DNA of 64,000 nucleotides from Alkalispirochaeta sp. (GCA_965242725.1 CBDESZ010000026.1:64001-128000), one strand, 5' to 3'. Positions 27,503 to 38,585 are shown, counted from the first letter of the stretch. Numbers and translations are program-made. Notes: generated by a model from the letters alone, not told the origin.

Positions 27503-29792
27503 ATGGTAGCAGCCTTGATTGATGAACTGCGTGGCGACCGGGCGTTTATGGACAACGTCCGACACTGGCAGGTTGTGCCCGCCCGGGACGGGCGATACCG
27601 GGACATTCCCCCCTTTCTCGACGGCCGTATCGTGTCGGCGCTGCAGCGCCGCGGAATTGACCGGCTCTATTCCCATCAGGCCGATGCGATTGAGGCGGTG
27701 GCGGAGGGCCGGCACGTCGTGGTGGTGACGCCCACCGCTTCGGGAAAGACGCTGAGTTACAATCTTCCCGTCCTCAACCGTATTCTTTCCAACCCCGACT
27801 CGCGCTCCCTCTATCTCTTTCCCACCAAGGCGCTCAGCCAGGATCAGCAGGCGGAGCTCAACATGACCGTCGAGGAGGGGGGCCTGCCCGTCGCGGTGAT
27901 GACCTTCGACGGCGATACGCCCCAGGCTATTCGCGCCAATGCGCGACGGCAGGGACGGATCATCATTACCAACCCGGACATGCTTCATGCCGGAATCCTC
28001 CCCAACCACACAAAATGGGTGCAGTTCTTTCAGAATCTCGATTACGTCGTCATCGACGAACTGCACACCTATCGCGGGATTTTCGGCTCGCATGTGTGCA
28101 ACGTCATACGCAGGCTCAAGCGGATCGCGTCCTTTTACGGCGCCTCGCCGCAGTTCATCATGTGTTCCGCCACCATCGGCAATCCCGGAGAACTGGCGGA
28201 GCAGATGGTGGGGGAGCAGGTGCGTCTCATTGACGACAACGGGGCGCCCCAGGGGGAAAAGCACATCGTTCTGTACAATCCGCCGCTGGTGGACAGCGTT
28301 CAGGGTATCCGGCAGGGAATCGTCCACTCCTCACGCCTTCTGGCGCTGCGATTTCTCAAGGCCGGCGTGAGAACGATCGTCTTTTCCCGCTCCCGGCAGC
28401 GGACGGAGCTTGTGGCTGAGTATATCCGTAAGAGTCTGGCGAACCACTATACCGAAAACGGACGTATACGGGTGGAATCGTACCGCGGGGGCTATCTGCC
28501 CTCGGAGCGACGCGCCATCGAACGGGGTCTTCGGGACGGCTCCATTCACGGCGTGGTAAGTACCAACGCCCTTGAACTGGGTATCGACATCGGTGGTCTG
28601 GACGCCGCCGTCCTGGGCGGATTTCCGGGGAGTATCGCAGCCTCCCTGCAGCAGGCGGGCCGGGCCGGGCGGCGCCGGACGGTCTCTCTGGCGGTCCTCG
28701 TCGCCGGGGCATCGCCGCTGGATCAGTTCATCATCGAGCATCCGGAGTACTTCCTTGAGGGCAACCCGGAAAAGGCGTATATCAACCCGGACAACCCCTT
28801 CGTCCTCTACGACCAGCTCAAGTGCGCCGTCTTTGAACTTCCCATGGAAGAGGAAGAAACCTTTGCCCCCGACGCGCCCAACATGCTCATGCTTCTGGAA
28901 GAGGCGGGCGTCCTGCACCGGACGGGGCGGACCTATCACTGGGTTGAGCAGTCATACCCCGCGGAGGAGGTGAGTCTCCGCAGCGCCACCAGCGACAACG
29001 TCGTCATTGTCGATACCACCGCCGGTCGCAACGACGTAATCGGGGAAATGGACCGCCCCTCCGCCAAGGAGCTTCTCTTTAAGAAACGCAATATATCTCC
29101 ATCGGGGTTCCCAGTTTGTGGTGACCGAACTGGATATTGAAAACCGGCGCTGCTATGTCGCCGAGACGGACGTTAACTACTATACCGATTCCCTCGTCAA
29201 GGTCGATTTGCGGGTGTTGACTGAAGATGAACGCACGGCGTCACCGCAGTGTCAAACGGTAATAGGAGACGTGCTTGTTCGCAGTATCGTGGGCAAGTTC
29301 AAGAAGATCCGCTTTCAGTCCCATGAAAACGTGGGATACGGCGACATCGATCTCCCGGAGGAGCAGATGCACACCCGATCGGTGGTTTTCCTCTTTCCCC
29401 CGGAGACGGCGGTGGGAACCGCCCTTGAAGCGATGGCGGCTCCGGGACGCGCCGTGGCGCTCCAGCGGCTCGTACGTCTCCTGCGCAGCGTCGCTCCGGT
29501 GTATCTCATGGCGCAGACCCAGGATCTCGGCGTCCACGCGAGCGTCAGAGATCCGCACTTCAATATGCCCGCCTGCTATCTCTACGACCAGTACCCCGGA
29601 GGCAGCGGACTCTCCGAGGCCTTTGCCCTTCGCTATGAATGGATCGTCAACGCCGCGGTTGAGCGGGTGACCGAATGCATGTGTGACGGCGGCTGTCCCT
29701 CCTGTGTTGGTCCGCCGGATATTCACGACGGATGGGACGGCAATCCCAAGGAGGCGGTGATGCTCCTGCTCTCCGCCTGGACGCATGGGTGA
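27503..29792 (+). CDS. DEAH-box helicase with C-terminal DUF1998 Zn domain (MrfA/Hrq1-like); apparent +1 frameshift near 29085
   Basis: PTASGKT, DELH, SAT, ALELGIDIG, QQAGRAGR; second frame continues NAIYLHRG...YDQYPGGSG...CMCDGGCPSC. Confidence 0.88.
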
Positions 29793-31086
29793 TCTCTACA
29801 ATCGCCTGCGGGAGATTCGCTCCCGCAAGCCTGCCGCGGAGAAACGTCGCGTACACCTTCAGCCACCCGGCGGAGCGTGGACGCCTATCGCCGAGGGGGC
29901 GTACCGGCGGACGACGGAACATGAAATCGATATCGGCCGATGGGGAGACCGCTTCACCTCCGACGGCCGGTGGCAGACCCTCTCCCCCGTAACGGGTCAC
30001 GACGATCACCGGACACCGCTTTTTCTGGATATCGAAACCAATGGACTGTCCGGAGGGGCGGGGACGATTGCGTTTCTCATCGGCATCGCGTTTCCCATCG
30101 CGCCTGGTCGTCTGACCTTGGAGCAGTTCTTTCTTGGTGATCCGGCGGGCGAGCGGGCATTGATCGCCGCCCTTGTCGATGCGATTGCCGCCGTACCCCG
30201 GCCGCTCTATGTAACCTACAACGGAGGCAGCTTTGATCTCCCGGTGCTCAGAAGTCGCTGTGTGATAAACCGCACTCCCTTTCCGGAGGAAGCCCATTGG
30301 GATGTACTCCACACGATTCGGCGTCTCTATTCCGGTACGATCGGTAACTGTTCCCTCGGCAATGTGGAATCCGCCGTCCTGAAACGACCTCGTCTCGAAG
30401 ACGTTTCCGGACAGGAGGCGCCGGAACGCTATCAGCGATACCTCTCGACGGGACAGATTGATGAGGTGCGCCCGGTCTGGACACACCATGAGCGGGACAT
30501 CGTCCATCTCGCAGAGGTTGCGCTCCTGGCTAACGCAATACTATCCGGCGTCTGGGACGGGGAGGTGAGGGAGGACGGGACGTCGAGAGAGGGAACTCCC
30601 ATGATGCCCGATGGTATCGCCCTCGCAAAGACACTCATCCGGAGAGGGGGAGAAGCTGAGAGGCGACGGGCGGAGCGCATTGTTGAGAGGGTGTGCGTCG
30701 CAACGGAACGACAGCGTATGGCGCTTCGCGCCTTCGCCCGGTCCCGGCGATTCCCGATGCGTCCCGGCGCGGCGTGGATAGAAGCGCGTACCGTCGGCGC
30801 GCGTCTCTCCCGGGAGCGGGGAGACATGGAACAATATCGGGCGTTATTGGAGCAGCTCGCCGACGTCGCCGCCCGAAAGGTTGATGTCGAGGCGTACGCG
30901 AAGCTCCTGGAACACCACGACGGCAATTACATTCACGCCGCCGCGATCATCGAGGATTGGTGTCGTCGGAACGCATGGGATGAGGAACTGCGTCACAGGT
31001 TTCGTCGACTTCAGCGTCGATTATCCCGTCGTACAATCGTTCATACTGTTCAATGGAGCGGTACAGCCCGAAATCACGGGTCATAG
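29785..31086 (+). CDS. RNase H-like (DnaQ-type) exonuclease with TPR-like C-terminus (MrfB/YprB-like)
   Basis: FLDIETNGLSGGAG, TYNGGSFDLP, HHERDI; overlaps the helicase stop. Confidence 0.85.
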   Translation: MGDLYNRLREIRSRKPAAEKRRVHLQPPGGAWTPIAEGAYRRTTEHEIDIGRWGDRFTSDGRWQTLSPVTGHDDHRTPLFLDIETNGLSGGAGTIAFLIGIAFPIAPGRLTLEQFFLGDPAGERALIAALVDAIAAVPRPLYVTYNGGSFDLPVLRSRCVINRTPFPEEAHWDVLHTIRRLYSGTIGNCSLGNVESAVLKRPRLEDVSGQEAPERYQRYLSTGQIDEVRPVWTHHERDIVHLAEVALLANAILSGVWDGEVREDGTSREGTPMMPDGIALAKTLIRRGGEAERRRAERIVERVCVATERQRMALRAFARSRRFPMRPGAAWIEARTVGARLSRERGDMEQYRALLEQLADVAARKVDVEAYAKLLEHHDGNYIHAAAIIEDWCRRNAWDEELRHRFRRLQRRLSRRTIVHTVQWSGTARNHGS

Positions 31087-32446
31087 CGGTGTGCTGCATC
31101 CGTTTGAGTTCTTCCCGATCGGTGGTATAGACGGCAACGGCATGTGCGATTGCGTCAAATACGGCATCAGGATTGTGCGCCTCAATATGAAATCCCGTTG
31201 AAGAATCAACGGTATCGGCGAGACCTCCTGTGCGCGTTACGATGGGGATCGTTCCGTACCGCATTGAATACATCTGGTTGAGACCGCACGGTTCATACCG
31301 GCTGGGCATGAGAAAGAAATCGCTTCCCCCTTCAATCTGATGGGCGAGGGTGTCGCTGTACATGGCGAGTCCCGCAAAGTTTTCATACATGTGCGAGAGC
31401 TCCCTGACGCGATCTTCACACCACCGCTCTCCCGTTCCAAGGACGACCCACTGGACGGGAAGTTCGGTGAGTATACGCTCGGCCGCGCCGTACTGGGGAT
31501 CAAAGAGCTCTTCTATTCCCTTTTGACGGGTCAGACGGGTCACCATGCCGATCAGGGGTGTGCCGGACGAGACGGGAAGCTCCAGCTCATCCTGAAGTTG
31601 GGCCTTGCACACCCGTTTCCCCCCGCATGTCCTCTGCATTGAACCGTGCAGGCAGATATGGATCGGTGTCGGGGTTCCACACGGTCGTGTCGATCCCGTT
31701 GAGGATTCCCCGCAGATCGGGAGCGCGCATTTGCAGCGCCGTATGGAGGTTGTATCCGTAGCGGGCTGCTGTATTTCCCGGGCGTAGGTGGGACTCACCG
31801 CGACGATCCGGTCGCTGCTGTAAATGCCGCCCTTGAGGAGATTGAGAGATTCACCCTGAATCAGCCCGAAGCTCTCCGCCTCCGTTTCGGACATACCGAT
31901 CGTACTCAACCCCTCCGTTTTCGGGATCGTTCCCTGAAATGCGAGATTATGTATGGACAACACCGTGCCGGCGGCACCGATCGCCGTCTTTCGATAGAAG
32001 TGTCGCAGAAAGACCGGCGTCAATGCGCCGGACCAGTCGTGGGCGTGGATCACATCGGGCACAAAGTTCTTGAGCAGGGCAACCTCAAGGGCACCCCGGG
32101 AGAGCAGGGCAAATCGCAGTGTGTTGTCACCGTAGCTCTGGTCCGCGGTCGGACCGTAAATGCCGTCCCGACGAAAGAGCACCTCATGTTCGATGAGGTG
32201 AATCGTGACGCCCTGTACCTTCGCCGTCAGGACGGCACATCCATAGTCGTGACCGGCGATCACCACCGACAGCGGCGCCGCTTCCCGCTCAAACGAGTCA
32301 GTCTGCACCATTTTGTACTTCGGCATGACCACGTGGACGTCGTGTCCTCCCGCGGCGAGTCCGGTTGCGAGGGCGGTGACGGCGTCGGCAAGGCCGCCCG
32401 CCTTGGCAAGGGTGTAGTATTCACTGGTCACCAGAAGGATGTTCAC
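30947..32446 (-). CDS. glgA: Glycogen synthase (two compensating frameshifts near 31762 and 31620)
   Basis: KAGGLADA, HAHDW, IHNLAFQG, RLTRQKG, MPSRYEPCGLNQM, TGGLADTV. Confidence 0.93.
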   Translation of the reverse strand: MNILLVTSEYYTLAKAGGLADAVTALATGLAAGGHDVHVVMPKYKMVQTDSFEREAAPLSVVIAGHDYGCAVLTAKVQGVTIHLIEHEVLFRRDGIYGPTADQSYGDNTLRFALLSRGALEVALLKNFVPDVIHAHDWSGALTPVFLRHFYRKTAIGAAGTVLSIHNLAFQGTIPKTEGLSTIGMSETEAESFGLIQGESLNLLKGGIYSSDRIVAVSPTYAREIQQPATDTTSIRRCKCALPICGESSTGSTRPCGTPTPIHICLHGSMQRTCGGKRVCKAQLQDELELPVSSGTPLIGMVTRLTRQKGIEELFDPQYGAAERILTELPVQWVVLGTGERWCEDRVRELSHMYENFAGLAMYSDTLAHQIEGGSDFFLMPSRYEPCGLNQMYSMRYGTIPIVTRTGGLADTVDSSTGFHIEAHNPDAVFDAIAHAVAVYTTDREELKRMQHTAMTRDFGLYRSIEQYERLYDGIIDAEVDETCDAVPHPMRSDDTNPR

Positions 32447-32448
32447 GG

Positions 32449-33282
32449 TTACCTATAGTAACTTATTCGGAAGTCCGACTCAAATGAAAAATTCAACGCC
32501 TCATATAATTTCACGGCGGCGACGTTGTTTCGCTTTACAAATAACGACGTTCCCCGGCCTTCTTCGGAAAGACGTCGCATGAGATGCGTCATGAGCCACC
32601 GCGCGAGACCACGGCCGCGCCACGCAGGGTCTGTGTAGACTCCGCCGATCTGGTCCGTCCGATATCCCCGCGCATTTGTCGCAACCCTGGCAATTGCCTG
32701 TCCCCGGTAATAGGCGACGAGGACGACGTGTTTTCTGAGACTCTCCGTGAGAGTCGCCTTGCTTGCCGAGATGGTTGATGTCCGACCGGGAAGAAGAACT
32801 TCTTCCGCCTCATACGCCATATGGAGGGGGAGGAGCTGACGCCACTCGTCGCTCCCCGGAACACGTACCGATATTTCCGGATGAGGCGGACTGTTGGGTT
32901 CGACTGAGCAGGGAGGGTGAGAAAGAAGAAAATAGTCGACGGAAATCGAGGGTCGGCCTGCGAAAGAACGGGCGATCGCAGCGACGTCATTGCTCTGCCC
33001 CATAATTGCGTAGAGACGGACAAACGACCCGATAAGACTTCGCAACTGGCCGGCCCGGGGAACGTTCGGCGCAACACCGGCGGGATAGAAGAAACCGCCC
33101 GGGCCGTGATAGAGGGCCGCTGACTCTCCGTACCGGTAAAAACGGCCTCCCTTTCTCAGGCGTTTGTCCAGCGGCTCCGAGCGATATTTCTCGCTCATTA
33201 CCGTCGTTCGGGGCTCATTCCTCGCGAGATAATCGGCAAATCCGCGGTCATTTCCTGAGGTAAGGAGGCGCCATTCTTCCAT
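32449..33282 (-). CDS. GNAT acetyltransferase
   Basis: QIGGVYTDPAWRGRGLA...LFV...NVAAVKLYEALNF. Confidence 0.85.
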   Translation of the reverse strand: MEEWRLLTSGNDRGFADYLARNEPRTTVMSEKYRSEPLDKRLRKGGRFYRYGESAALYHGPGGFFYPAGVAPNVPRAGQLRSLIGSFVRLYAIMGQSNDVAAIARSFAGRPSISVDYFLLSHPPCSVEPNSPPHPEISVRVPGSDEWRQLLPLHMAYEAEEVLLPGRTSTISASKATLTESLRKHVVLVAYYRGQAIARVATNARGYRTDQIGGVYTDPAWRGRGLARWLMTHLMRRLSEEGRGTSLFVKRNNVAAVKLYEALNFSFESDFRISYYR

Positions 33283-33298
33283 AACAGGTCTTCCTTCC

Positions 33299-35068
33299 TC
33301 AGTCGCTCACCCCGTCAATAGCCACCGGCAGCTTCCCCAGCGCCTCAAAATCTCCACGGAGGGCGGCAAATCCCGTTTCGAAGCTTTCCGTTCCCCATCC
33401 GTAGACGGCGATGGCCGACTGAACCCATGGAAGATCTTCAAGATAGATCGGGGTGAGGATGCTGTATACAATCACCCGGGTGTCGATGTCCCGTACCGTT
33501 TCAAGGACTTCAGCGCTGTTGGGATCGCTGAGCAGAAATATCACCGTATCGTAATCTTCTGCGGTCTCCTGAAAGCGCCGCCTGTCGACGGCGGTCGAGT
33601 TGTAGAAGGTATTGTTTGAAAATCGGAACTCTCCGGTAACCGGCAGGAACCGCCTGCCTACCCGAAAAAAGTCCGGATCCTTTCCGGCGAGGAGAATCCG
33701 TTCTCCCGGGGCCGGCTGATATGGTATCTCTTCGTCCCGTACGATGGTCACGCTTCGTCCCGCCTGATCGAGAAAAAATTGCTGCGCCGGCCGTGATCGC
33801 ATATATGATCGAATCCGGTTCGTATCAGGTATGAGAGGCACCCGTCCATCGGGTCTGAGATAGGCGAGTTTTACCCGCAGTATGCGGCGTACCGATTCGA
33901 CAACACGGCGCCGGAACTCCTCTTCCTCATGGTACGCCGTGACGAGACGATTCCATATGTCGCCGTCAAATCCGGGCGTCTGGGAGAGCATGACCATGTC
34001 ATTCCCCGCTTCGATTGCACGTTTTACCAACTCCGCAAAATCCCATCCCCGGGTCTGTCCATATTCAAGTGCACCGCCCATGTACAGGTCATCGGTGATA
34101 ACGATACCTTCAAAACCGAGGCGTTCCCGGAGGACGTGGCGTTTGAAATATGGGGAAATACTTGCCGGTACGGTGTCGCCGGTGATGGCGGGAAAGCTCA
34201 AATGGCCGCTCAGGACGGCGGGAATACCCTCGCGTACCAGCATGCGGAAGGGAAGGAGGTCACGTTCCCAGATCGTGTCAAAATCGTCTTCGATGACCGG
34301 GAGCATGCCGTGGCTGTCGCCGCGAGCGTTCCCATGACCGGGAAAGTGTTTGGCCGTCGCGATGACGCCGGACTGCTCCATACCGCGATAAAAGGCGACT
34401 CCCAGAAGCCCCGTCGCCACCGGGTCATCGGAAAACGCCCGGGGACCGATGACATGGGCCTCGGCGTTCACATAGACATCGACGGTAGGAGCAAAGTTCA
34501 TATTGACGCCCAGCGCCCTGAGCTCCTGGCCGATGTAGTGGGCGCTGGTGAATGAGTCGTAGGGCAACCCCGTCGCGCCGATTGCCATATTCCCGGGAGT
34601 TATGGATGTCCCGTCCTTGATATGTCTGACCCAACCACCTTCCTGGTCGGTGGCGGTAAAGAGGGGAATCGAGAGGGGTGTCTGTAAACTGGCCCTCTGC
34701 ATCGTGCCGACCGCCTCGGCAAGGGCTGCCAGATTTTCTCCGTTCCATCCGAAAATTTTCACCCCGCCGATGTTGCGCTCGGTTATCCACTGCATGATTT
34801 CAGGTGTCGGGGCTTCAGTTGACCAGCTCACCATGAGCAGTTGTGCCAGTCGCTCTTCGTCGGACATCTGCGATATGAGCGAATCGATCAGGCGGCTCAC
34901 CTCACCGTCGGCTTCCACCCGATGGTCGGTAATGGAAAAGTCGCCGTCCCAGAACGGACCGGACGGTCTATCCTGGCCGGCGACCGGTTCCGACACGAGT
35001 ATTGACATGGCCGCAATGAGGGCGAAGAACATTGTGCGACGGTACCACGACTCAGGCACCATCAACAA
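33299..35068 (-). CDS. Glycoside hydrolase family 3 (beta-N-acetylhexosaminidase-like), exported
   Basis: DQEGG, NFAPTVDV, KHFPGHG...DSH, ITDDLYM. Confidence 0.9.
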   Translation of the reverse strand: MLMVPESWYRRTMFFALIAAMSILVSEPVAGQDRPSGPFWDGDFSITDHRVEADGEVSRLIDSLISQMSDEERLAQLLMVSWSTEAPTPEIMQWITERNIGGVKIFGWNGENLAALAEAVGTMQRASLQTPLSIPLFTATDQEGGWVRHIKDGTSITPGNMAIGATGLPYDSFTSAHYIGQELRALGVNMNFAPTVDVYVNAEAHVIGPRAFSDDPVATGLLGVAFYRGMEQSGVIATAKHFPGHGNARGDSHGMLPVIEDDFDTIWERDLLPFRMLVREGIPAVLSGHLSFPAITGDTVPASISPYFKRHVLRERLGFEGIVITDDLYMGGALEYGQTRGWDFAELVKRAIEAGNDMVMLSQTPGFDGDIWNRLVTAYHEEEEFRRRVVESVRRILRVKLAYLRPDGRVPLIPDTNRIRSYMRSRPAQQFFLDQAGRSVTIVRDEEIPYQPAPGERILLAGKDPDFFRVGRRFLPVTGEFRFSNNTFYNSTAVDRRRFQETAEDYDTVIFLLSDPNSAEVLETVRDIDTRVIVYSILTPIYLEDLPWVQSAIAVYGWGTESFETGFAALRGDFEALGKLPVAIDGVSD

Positions 35069-35071
35069 GCT

Positions 35072-36031
35072 TTACACTAACGAGGCCTGCGCCGTTGTCT
35101 GAGCGGATATGTACTTACCCGCGGCGTGGGCGGCGACGGCTCCGTCGGCGGCGGCCACTACGAGCTGTCTGAACGGCGTCGTCCGCACATCTCCAACCGC
35201 AAAGAGTCCCGGCGAGGAAGACTCCATCAACTCATTGGTAACGACATACCCCATCTCATCCTTGCGCACGAAGGGCACGAGATCCGTCGCGGGGTCGGAG
35301 CCGATAAAAATGAAAACTCCGCCTACGACCTCTTCGGTTCCCTCACCCGTCGTGACGTCCCGCAACCGTACACCGGCAACGGCATCGATTCCGTATTCGT
35401 TTTCCCCGCCGATGATTTTCTCGAGAACCGTATTGAACCGGACGTCGATCCGGGGGTTCTCCAGTACCCGCTGCGCGATCGCGCCCTGGGCGCGAAATGT
35501 GTCCCGCCGGTGAACGAGAATGACCCTGTCTGTCAGTGACGACAGAAAGGTAGCCTCATCACATGCGGCGTCACCTCCCCCGACAACCACCATCGGCTTG
35601 CCGGCAAACATGGGCCCGTCGCAGGTCGCGCAGTAGCTTACTCCCCGTCCGGCAAACTCTTCCTCTCCGGGGACGCCGAGATGACGATGCCGTGCCCCCG
35701 TGGCGAGGATCACCGTATCCGCGGCGTAGGTGAGGTCTTCGGTCACAATTTCGTATACGCCCGATGCGGTTCGGGTTATCGATTCAACCTCCGCGAGTGT
35801 GATCTCGGCACCGAATTTCCGCGCCTGCGTTTCAAACCGTTCGGAAAAGTCCGCGCCGTTCATCGGTTCCGGAAAACCGGGATAGTTTTCAAGGTCGTTA
35901 ATCACGTTGCACTGACCACCGGGTGCGCTCCGTTCCAGGAGAAGGGTCTTGAGATTGCCCCGGGCGGCGTATTGTGCCGCCGTCAGTCCGGCGGCGCCTG
36001 CGCCGATGATGATCACGTCGTATCGTTCCAT
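35072..36031 (-). CDS. trxB: Thioredoxin reductase
   Basis: GAGAAG, ENYPGF, GVSYCATCDG, GGGDAA, HRRD, GDVR; GGAGG SD before ATG 36031. Confidence 0.95.
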   Translation of the reverse strand: MERYDVIIIGAGAAGLTAAQYAARGNLKTLLLERSAPGGQCNVINDLENYPGFPEPMNGADFSERFETQARKFGAEITLAEVESITRTASGVYEIVTEDLTYAADTVILATGARHRHLGVPGEEEFAGRGVSYCATCDGPMFAGKPMVVVGGGDAACDEATFLSSLTDRVILVHRRDTFRAQGAIAQRVLENPRIDVRFNTVLEKIIGGENEYGIDAVAGVRLRDVTTGEGTEEVVGGVFIFIGSDPATDLVPFVRKDEMGYVVTNELMESSSPGLFAVGDVRTTPFRQLVVAAADGAVAAHAAGKYISAQTTAQASLV

Positions 36032-36119
36032 GTGGCCTCCATATTCCATATAATCATATATATAAAAAACCAGTTATTGTCAAACGCCACACATCGTACT
36101 TCCGTTCATGCCATTTCCT

Positions 36120-36146
36120 TAATATCACCGCCGGGAATACCGATAC
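36120..36146 (+). promoter_or_regulatory. sigma28-like promoter for flgN-flgK-flgL-fliW-csrA
   Basis: TAAT-N15-ACCGATAC versus consensus TAAA-N15-GCCGATAA. Confidence 0.6.
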
Positions 36147-36165
36147 ACAATATCGGAGGCGTAGC

Positions 36166-36660
36166 ATGAAACAAACGACGGCGATCCATCTATTTCTTGA
36201 ATTGCTGGAACGTCAAACGACGCTCATAGAAGAACTGACGGAGAAGCAGACGACCCTCCAGGGACTGGTAGTCCGTAAAGACTGGACCGGAATGGAACGG
36301 CTCGTTCCCGAAATGACGGCACTGAGTGAGGCGATAAGCCGCGTGGAGTCGAAGCGGAACGACGTCTTCGGCGAGCTGAGTGCCTCTTTCGGCCAGGTGA
36401 ATTCGTTTGCCCATATTCTCATACATCTTCCGGAAGAGATTCGCAGTGCGATCTCGCGGCAGTATCGGGCTCTGAAGATTGCGGTATTGCGACTTCAGTC
36501 ACGGACGGCGACGATGGACGCCTACGTGCGCTCAAATATGTCGACCAACCGCGATGTTCTGCGGGAGTTGATGCCGGAACACTCAACAAATGGCTACACC
36601 CGTGAGGGGCGCGGCCACTTCTCCACGGCTTCTGCGGTGGTTGTCAACCACGAATTATAG
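36166..36660 (+). CDS. flgN: FlgN-like flagellar export chaperone
   Basis: Helical 164-aa protein directly upstream of flgK. Confidence 0.65.
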   Translation: MKQTTAIHLFLELLERQTTLIEELTEKQTTLQGLVVRKDWTGMERLVPEMTALSEAISRVESKRNDVFGELSASFGQVNSFAHILIHLPEEIRSAISRQYRALKIAVLRLQSRTATMDAYVRSNMSTNRDVLRELMPEHSTNGYTREGRGHFSTASAVVVNHEL

Positions 36661-36671
36661 GCGAGGGCGAT

Positions 36672-38579
36672 ATGCAGTCCACTTTTGCAGGAATCGAGCT
36701 GGGAAAACGGGGCATTCTTGCCCATCAGCGGGCACTTCAGACGGTGGGTCACAACCTCACAAACGCGTCGACTGAGGGCTACTCCCGTCAGCGCGTACAC
36801 ATGCAGGCGACTCAGCCGATTTACCGTCCTCAGTTGAACCGCGCCGAGACGGCGGGGCAGATCGGTCAGGGAGTGGATATCGCCAGGGTTGAACGCGTCA
36901 GGGATCACCTTCTTGAAGGGCGCATCATCACCTCTTCGGGCGACCAGAGTTACTGGGATACCCGGGACCGCTATATTCTCCAACTGGAACAGGTCTACAA
37001 CGAAGTCGGCGATTCATCGGTGCGAAACCTTATGGACCGCTTCTGGGACTCCTGGCAGGAGCTCTCCCTCTATCCGGACCAGCGTGCCGCCCGGGAGGCG
37101 GTCCTGCAAAGGGGTGAGGCCCTTGTCGACGGAATTCGGCTGCGCTACAACAGTCTGGACCGCATCTCCGCGATGACCGAACAGGAAATCAAGGGAAATG
37201 TTGAAGAAGCCAATACCCTGATTCGTGATATCGCCGCGGTGAACCGGGAAATTACAAACGTCAAAGCTGCCGGTGACAGTCCCAACGACCTCATGGATCG
37301 TCGGGACCTGCTGGTGGAGAAACTCGCTGAAATCATCGACGTCACCGTCGACGATCGCGACCCCGACGAGTTCAGCGTGTACACCGCAGGCTTTCACATC
37401 GTCCAGGGACGGATCGGCCGGCCTTTTGAACTCGCGCCAAATCGACAGAACGAAGGGTACAGCTCCGTGGTGTGGGCCCACAGCGGTGAGGAGGTTCGCT
37501 TTCGCGGCGGTTCTCTCGGCGCGCTGCAGGAACTGCGGGACGGTGACATTCGGACGGAAATACGCGCCCTCGACAGCATGACCATAAACGTAGTGGACCT
37601 CGTCAACGAGATCCATCGCGAGGGGTACGGCCTTAACGGAAGAACCGGCCGGGACTTTTTCACGGAGTATCCCGCCATATTGAACGCCCAGGGCAACTTT
37701 GATTCTGATCTTGACGGAAACTTCGACACCAGCCTCATCTTCCGCCTCTCCGGAGGAAACTCCCTGAATCTTCAGGCCCAGATCGGTCTCGAGGGAACCA
37801 TTCGCCTTCCTTCAACGTCACCTGCCGCCGTAGACGGCCTGGTGGACGTACCATATCGGGCAACGGACACGGTGGAGGACGTCATCGCGCGGATCAACAA
37901 CGCCGGCGCGGACGTCGTGGCCCGTCTTGATCGACAGGGACGGCTGGAGTTCAAAGGAACCCCCGTCGATACAATGGAACATCGGGACTTTGTGATTCGT
38001 CATCTCGAGGACGACGGACAGTTTCTCACCGGATACGCGGGACTCCTCGGCGAGAGCGGCCCCGACGGTGCGTTCCGGTGGGATCAGGCGGATGCGATTC
38101 TCTCGCTGCGGGGAGAGGGGCCGGACCGGCCCGCTGCGGCGTACTCGGTCGCTCCGCTGCAGCATCCGGCGGGATGGATGGAAATCAACCCCGACATACG
38201 CCGCGAACCGGCGTCCATCGCCGGCTCTTTTTCAAACGCCGGCGGCCCGGGTGAAACCGGTGACGGACGTGCTGCGCTTGCGATTGCGCAAATCAGAAAT
38301 ACCACCGTCGGAATCGGTCGTACCGAGACGCTGGACGACTATTTTGCCGACAGCGTCGCCCGCATAGGTCTCAAGGGAGAAGAGGCGGAGCTTTCACTGG
38401 ACACCAGCCGGCGCATACACAAGGATCTCACCGACATGCGTCAATCCATAAGCGGCGTAAATCTGGACGAGGAACTGGCGGAGATGATCAAGTATCAGCA
38501 CGGATATCAGGCGGCGGCGCGGTATATCTCCAACATCGACCAAATGCTGGATACCATTATTAACCGCATGGGAGTGTAA
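36672..38579 (+). CDS. flgK: Flagellar hook-associated protein 1
   Basis: GHNLTNASTEGYSRQRV, PNDLMDRRD, SGVNLDEE...YQAAA. Confidence 0.96.
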   Translation: MQSTFAGIELGKRGILAHQRALQTVGHNLTNASTEGYSRQRVHMQATQPIYRPQLNRAETAGQIGQGVDIARVERVRDHLLEGRIITSSGDQSYWDTRDRYILQLEQVYNEVGDSSVRNLMDRFWDSWQELSLYPDQRAAREAVLQRGEALVDGIRLRYNSLDRISAMTEQEIKGNVEEANTLIRDIAAVNREITNVKAAGDSPNDLMDRRDLLVEKLAEIIDVTVDDRDPDEFSVYTAGFHIVQGRIGRPFELAPNRQNEGYSSVVWAHSGEEVRFRGGSLGALQELRDGDIRTEIRALDSMTINVVDLVNEIHREGYGLNGRTGRDFFTEYPAILNAQGNFDSDLDGNFDTSLIFRLSGGNSLNLQAQIGLEGTIRLPSTSPAAVDGLVDVPYRATDTVEDVIARINNAGADVVARLDRQGRLEFKGTPVDTMEHRDFVIRHLEDDGQFLTGYAGLLGESGPDGAFRWDQADAILSLRGEGPDRPAAAYSVAPLQHPAGWMEINPDIRREPASIAGSFSNAGGPGETGDGRAALAIAQIRNTTVGIGRTETLDDYFADSVARIGLKGEEAELSLDTSRRIHKDLTDMRQSISGVNLDEELAEMIKYQHGYQAAARYISNIDQMLDTIINRMGV

Positions 38580-38585
38580 TGAACA

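Noticed and set aside
29075..29140. Split helicase as a programmed frameshift or two genes
   Set aside because: One extra A in AAGAAAC restores the frame and there is no slippery signal. Similar indels occur elsewhere, so a sequencing error is most likely (check reads)
31615..31770. Novel Cys-rich segment in GlgA
   Set aside because: The alternate frame gives the canonical GILNGID..WNP.TD. A -1 near 31762 and a +1 in C6 at 31619-31624 compensate, probably errors
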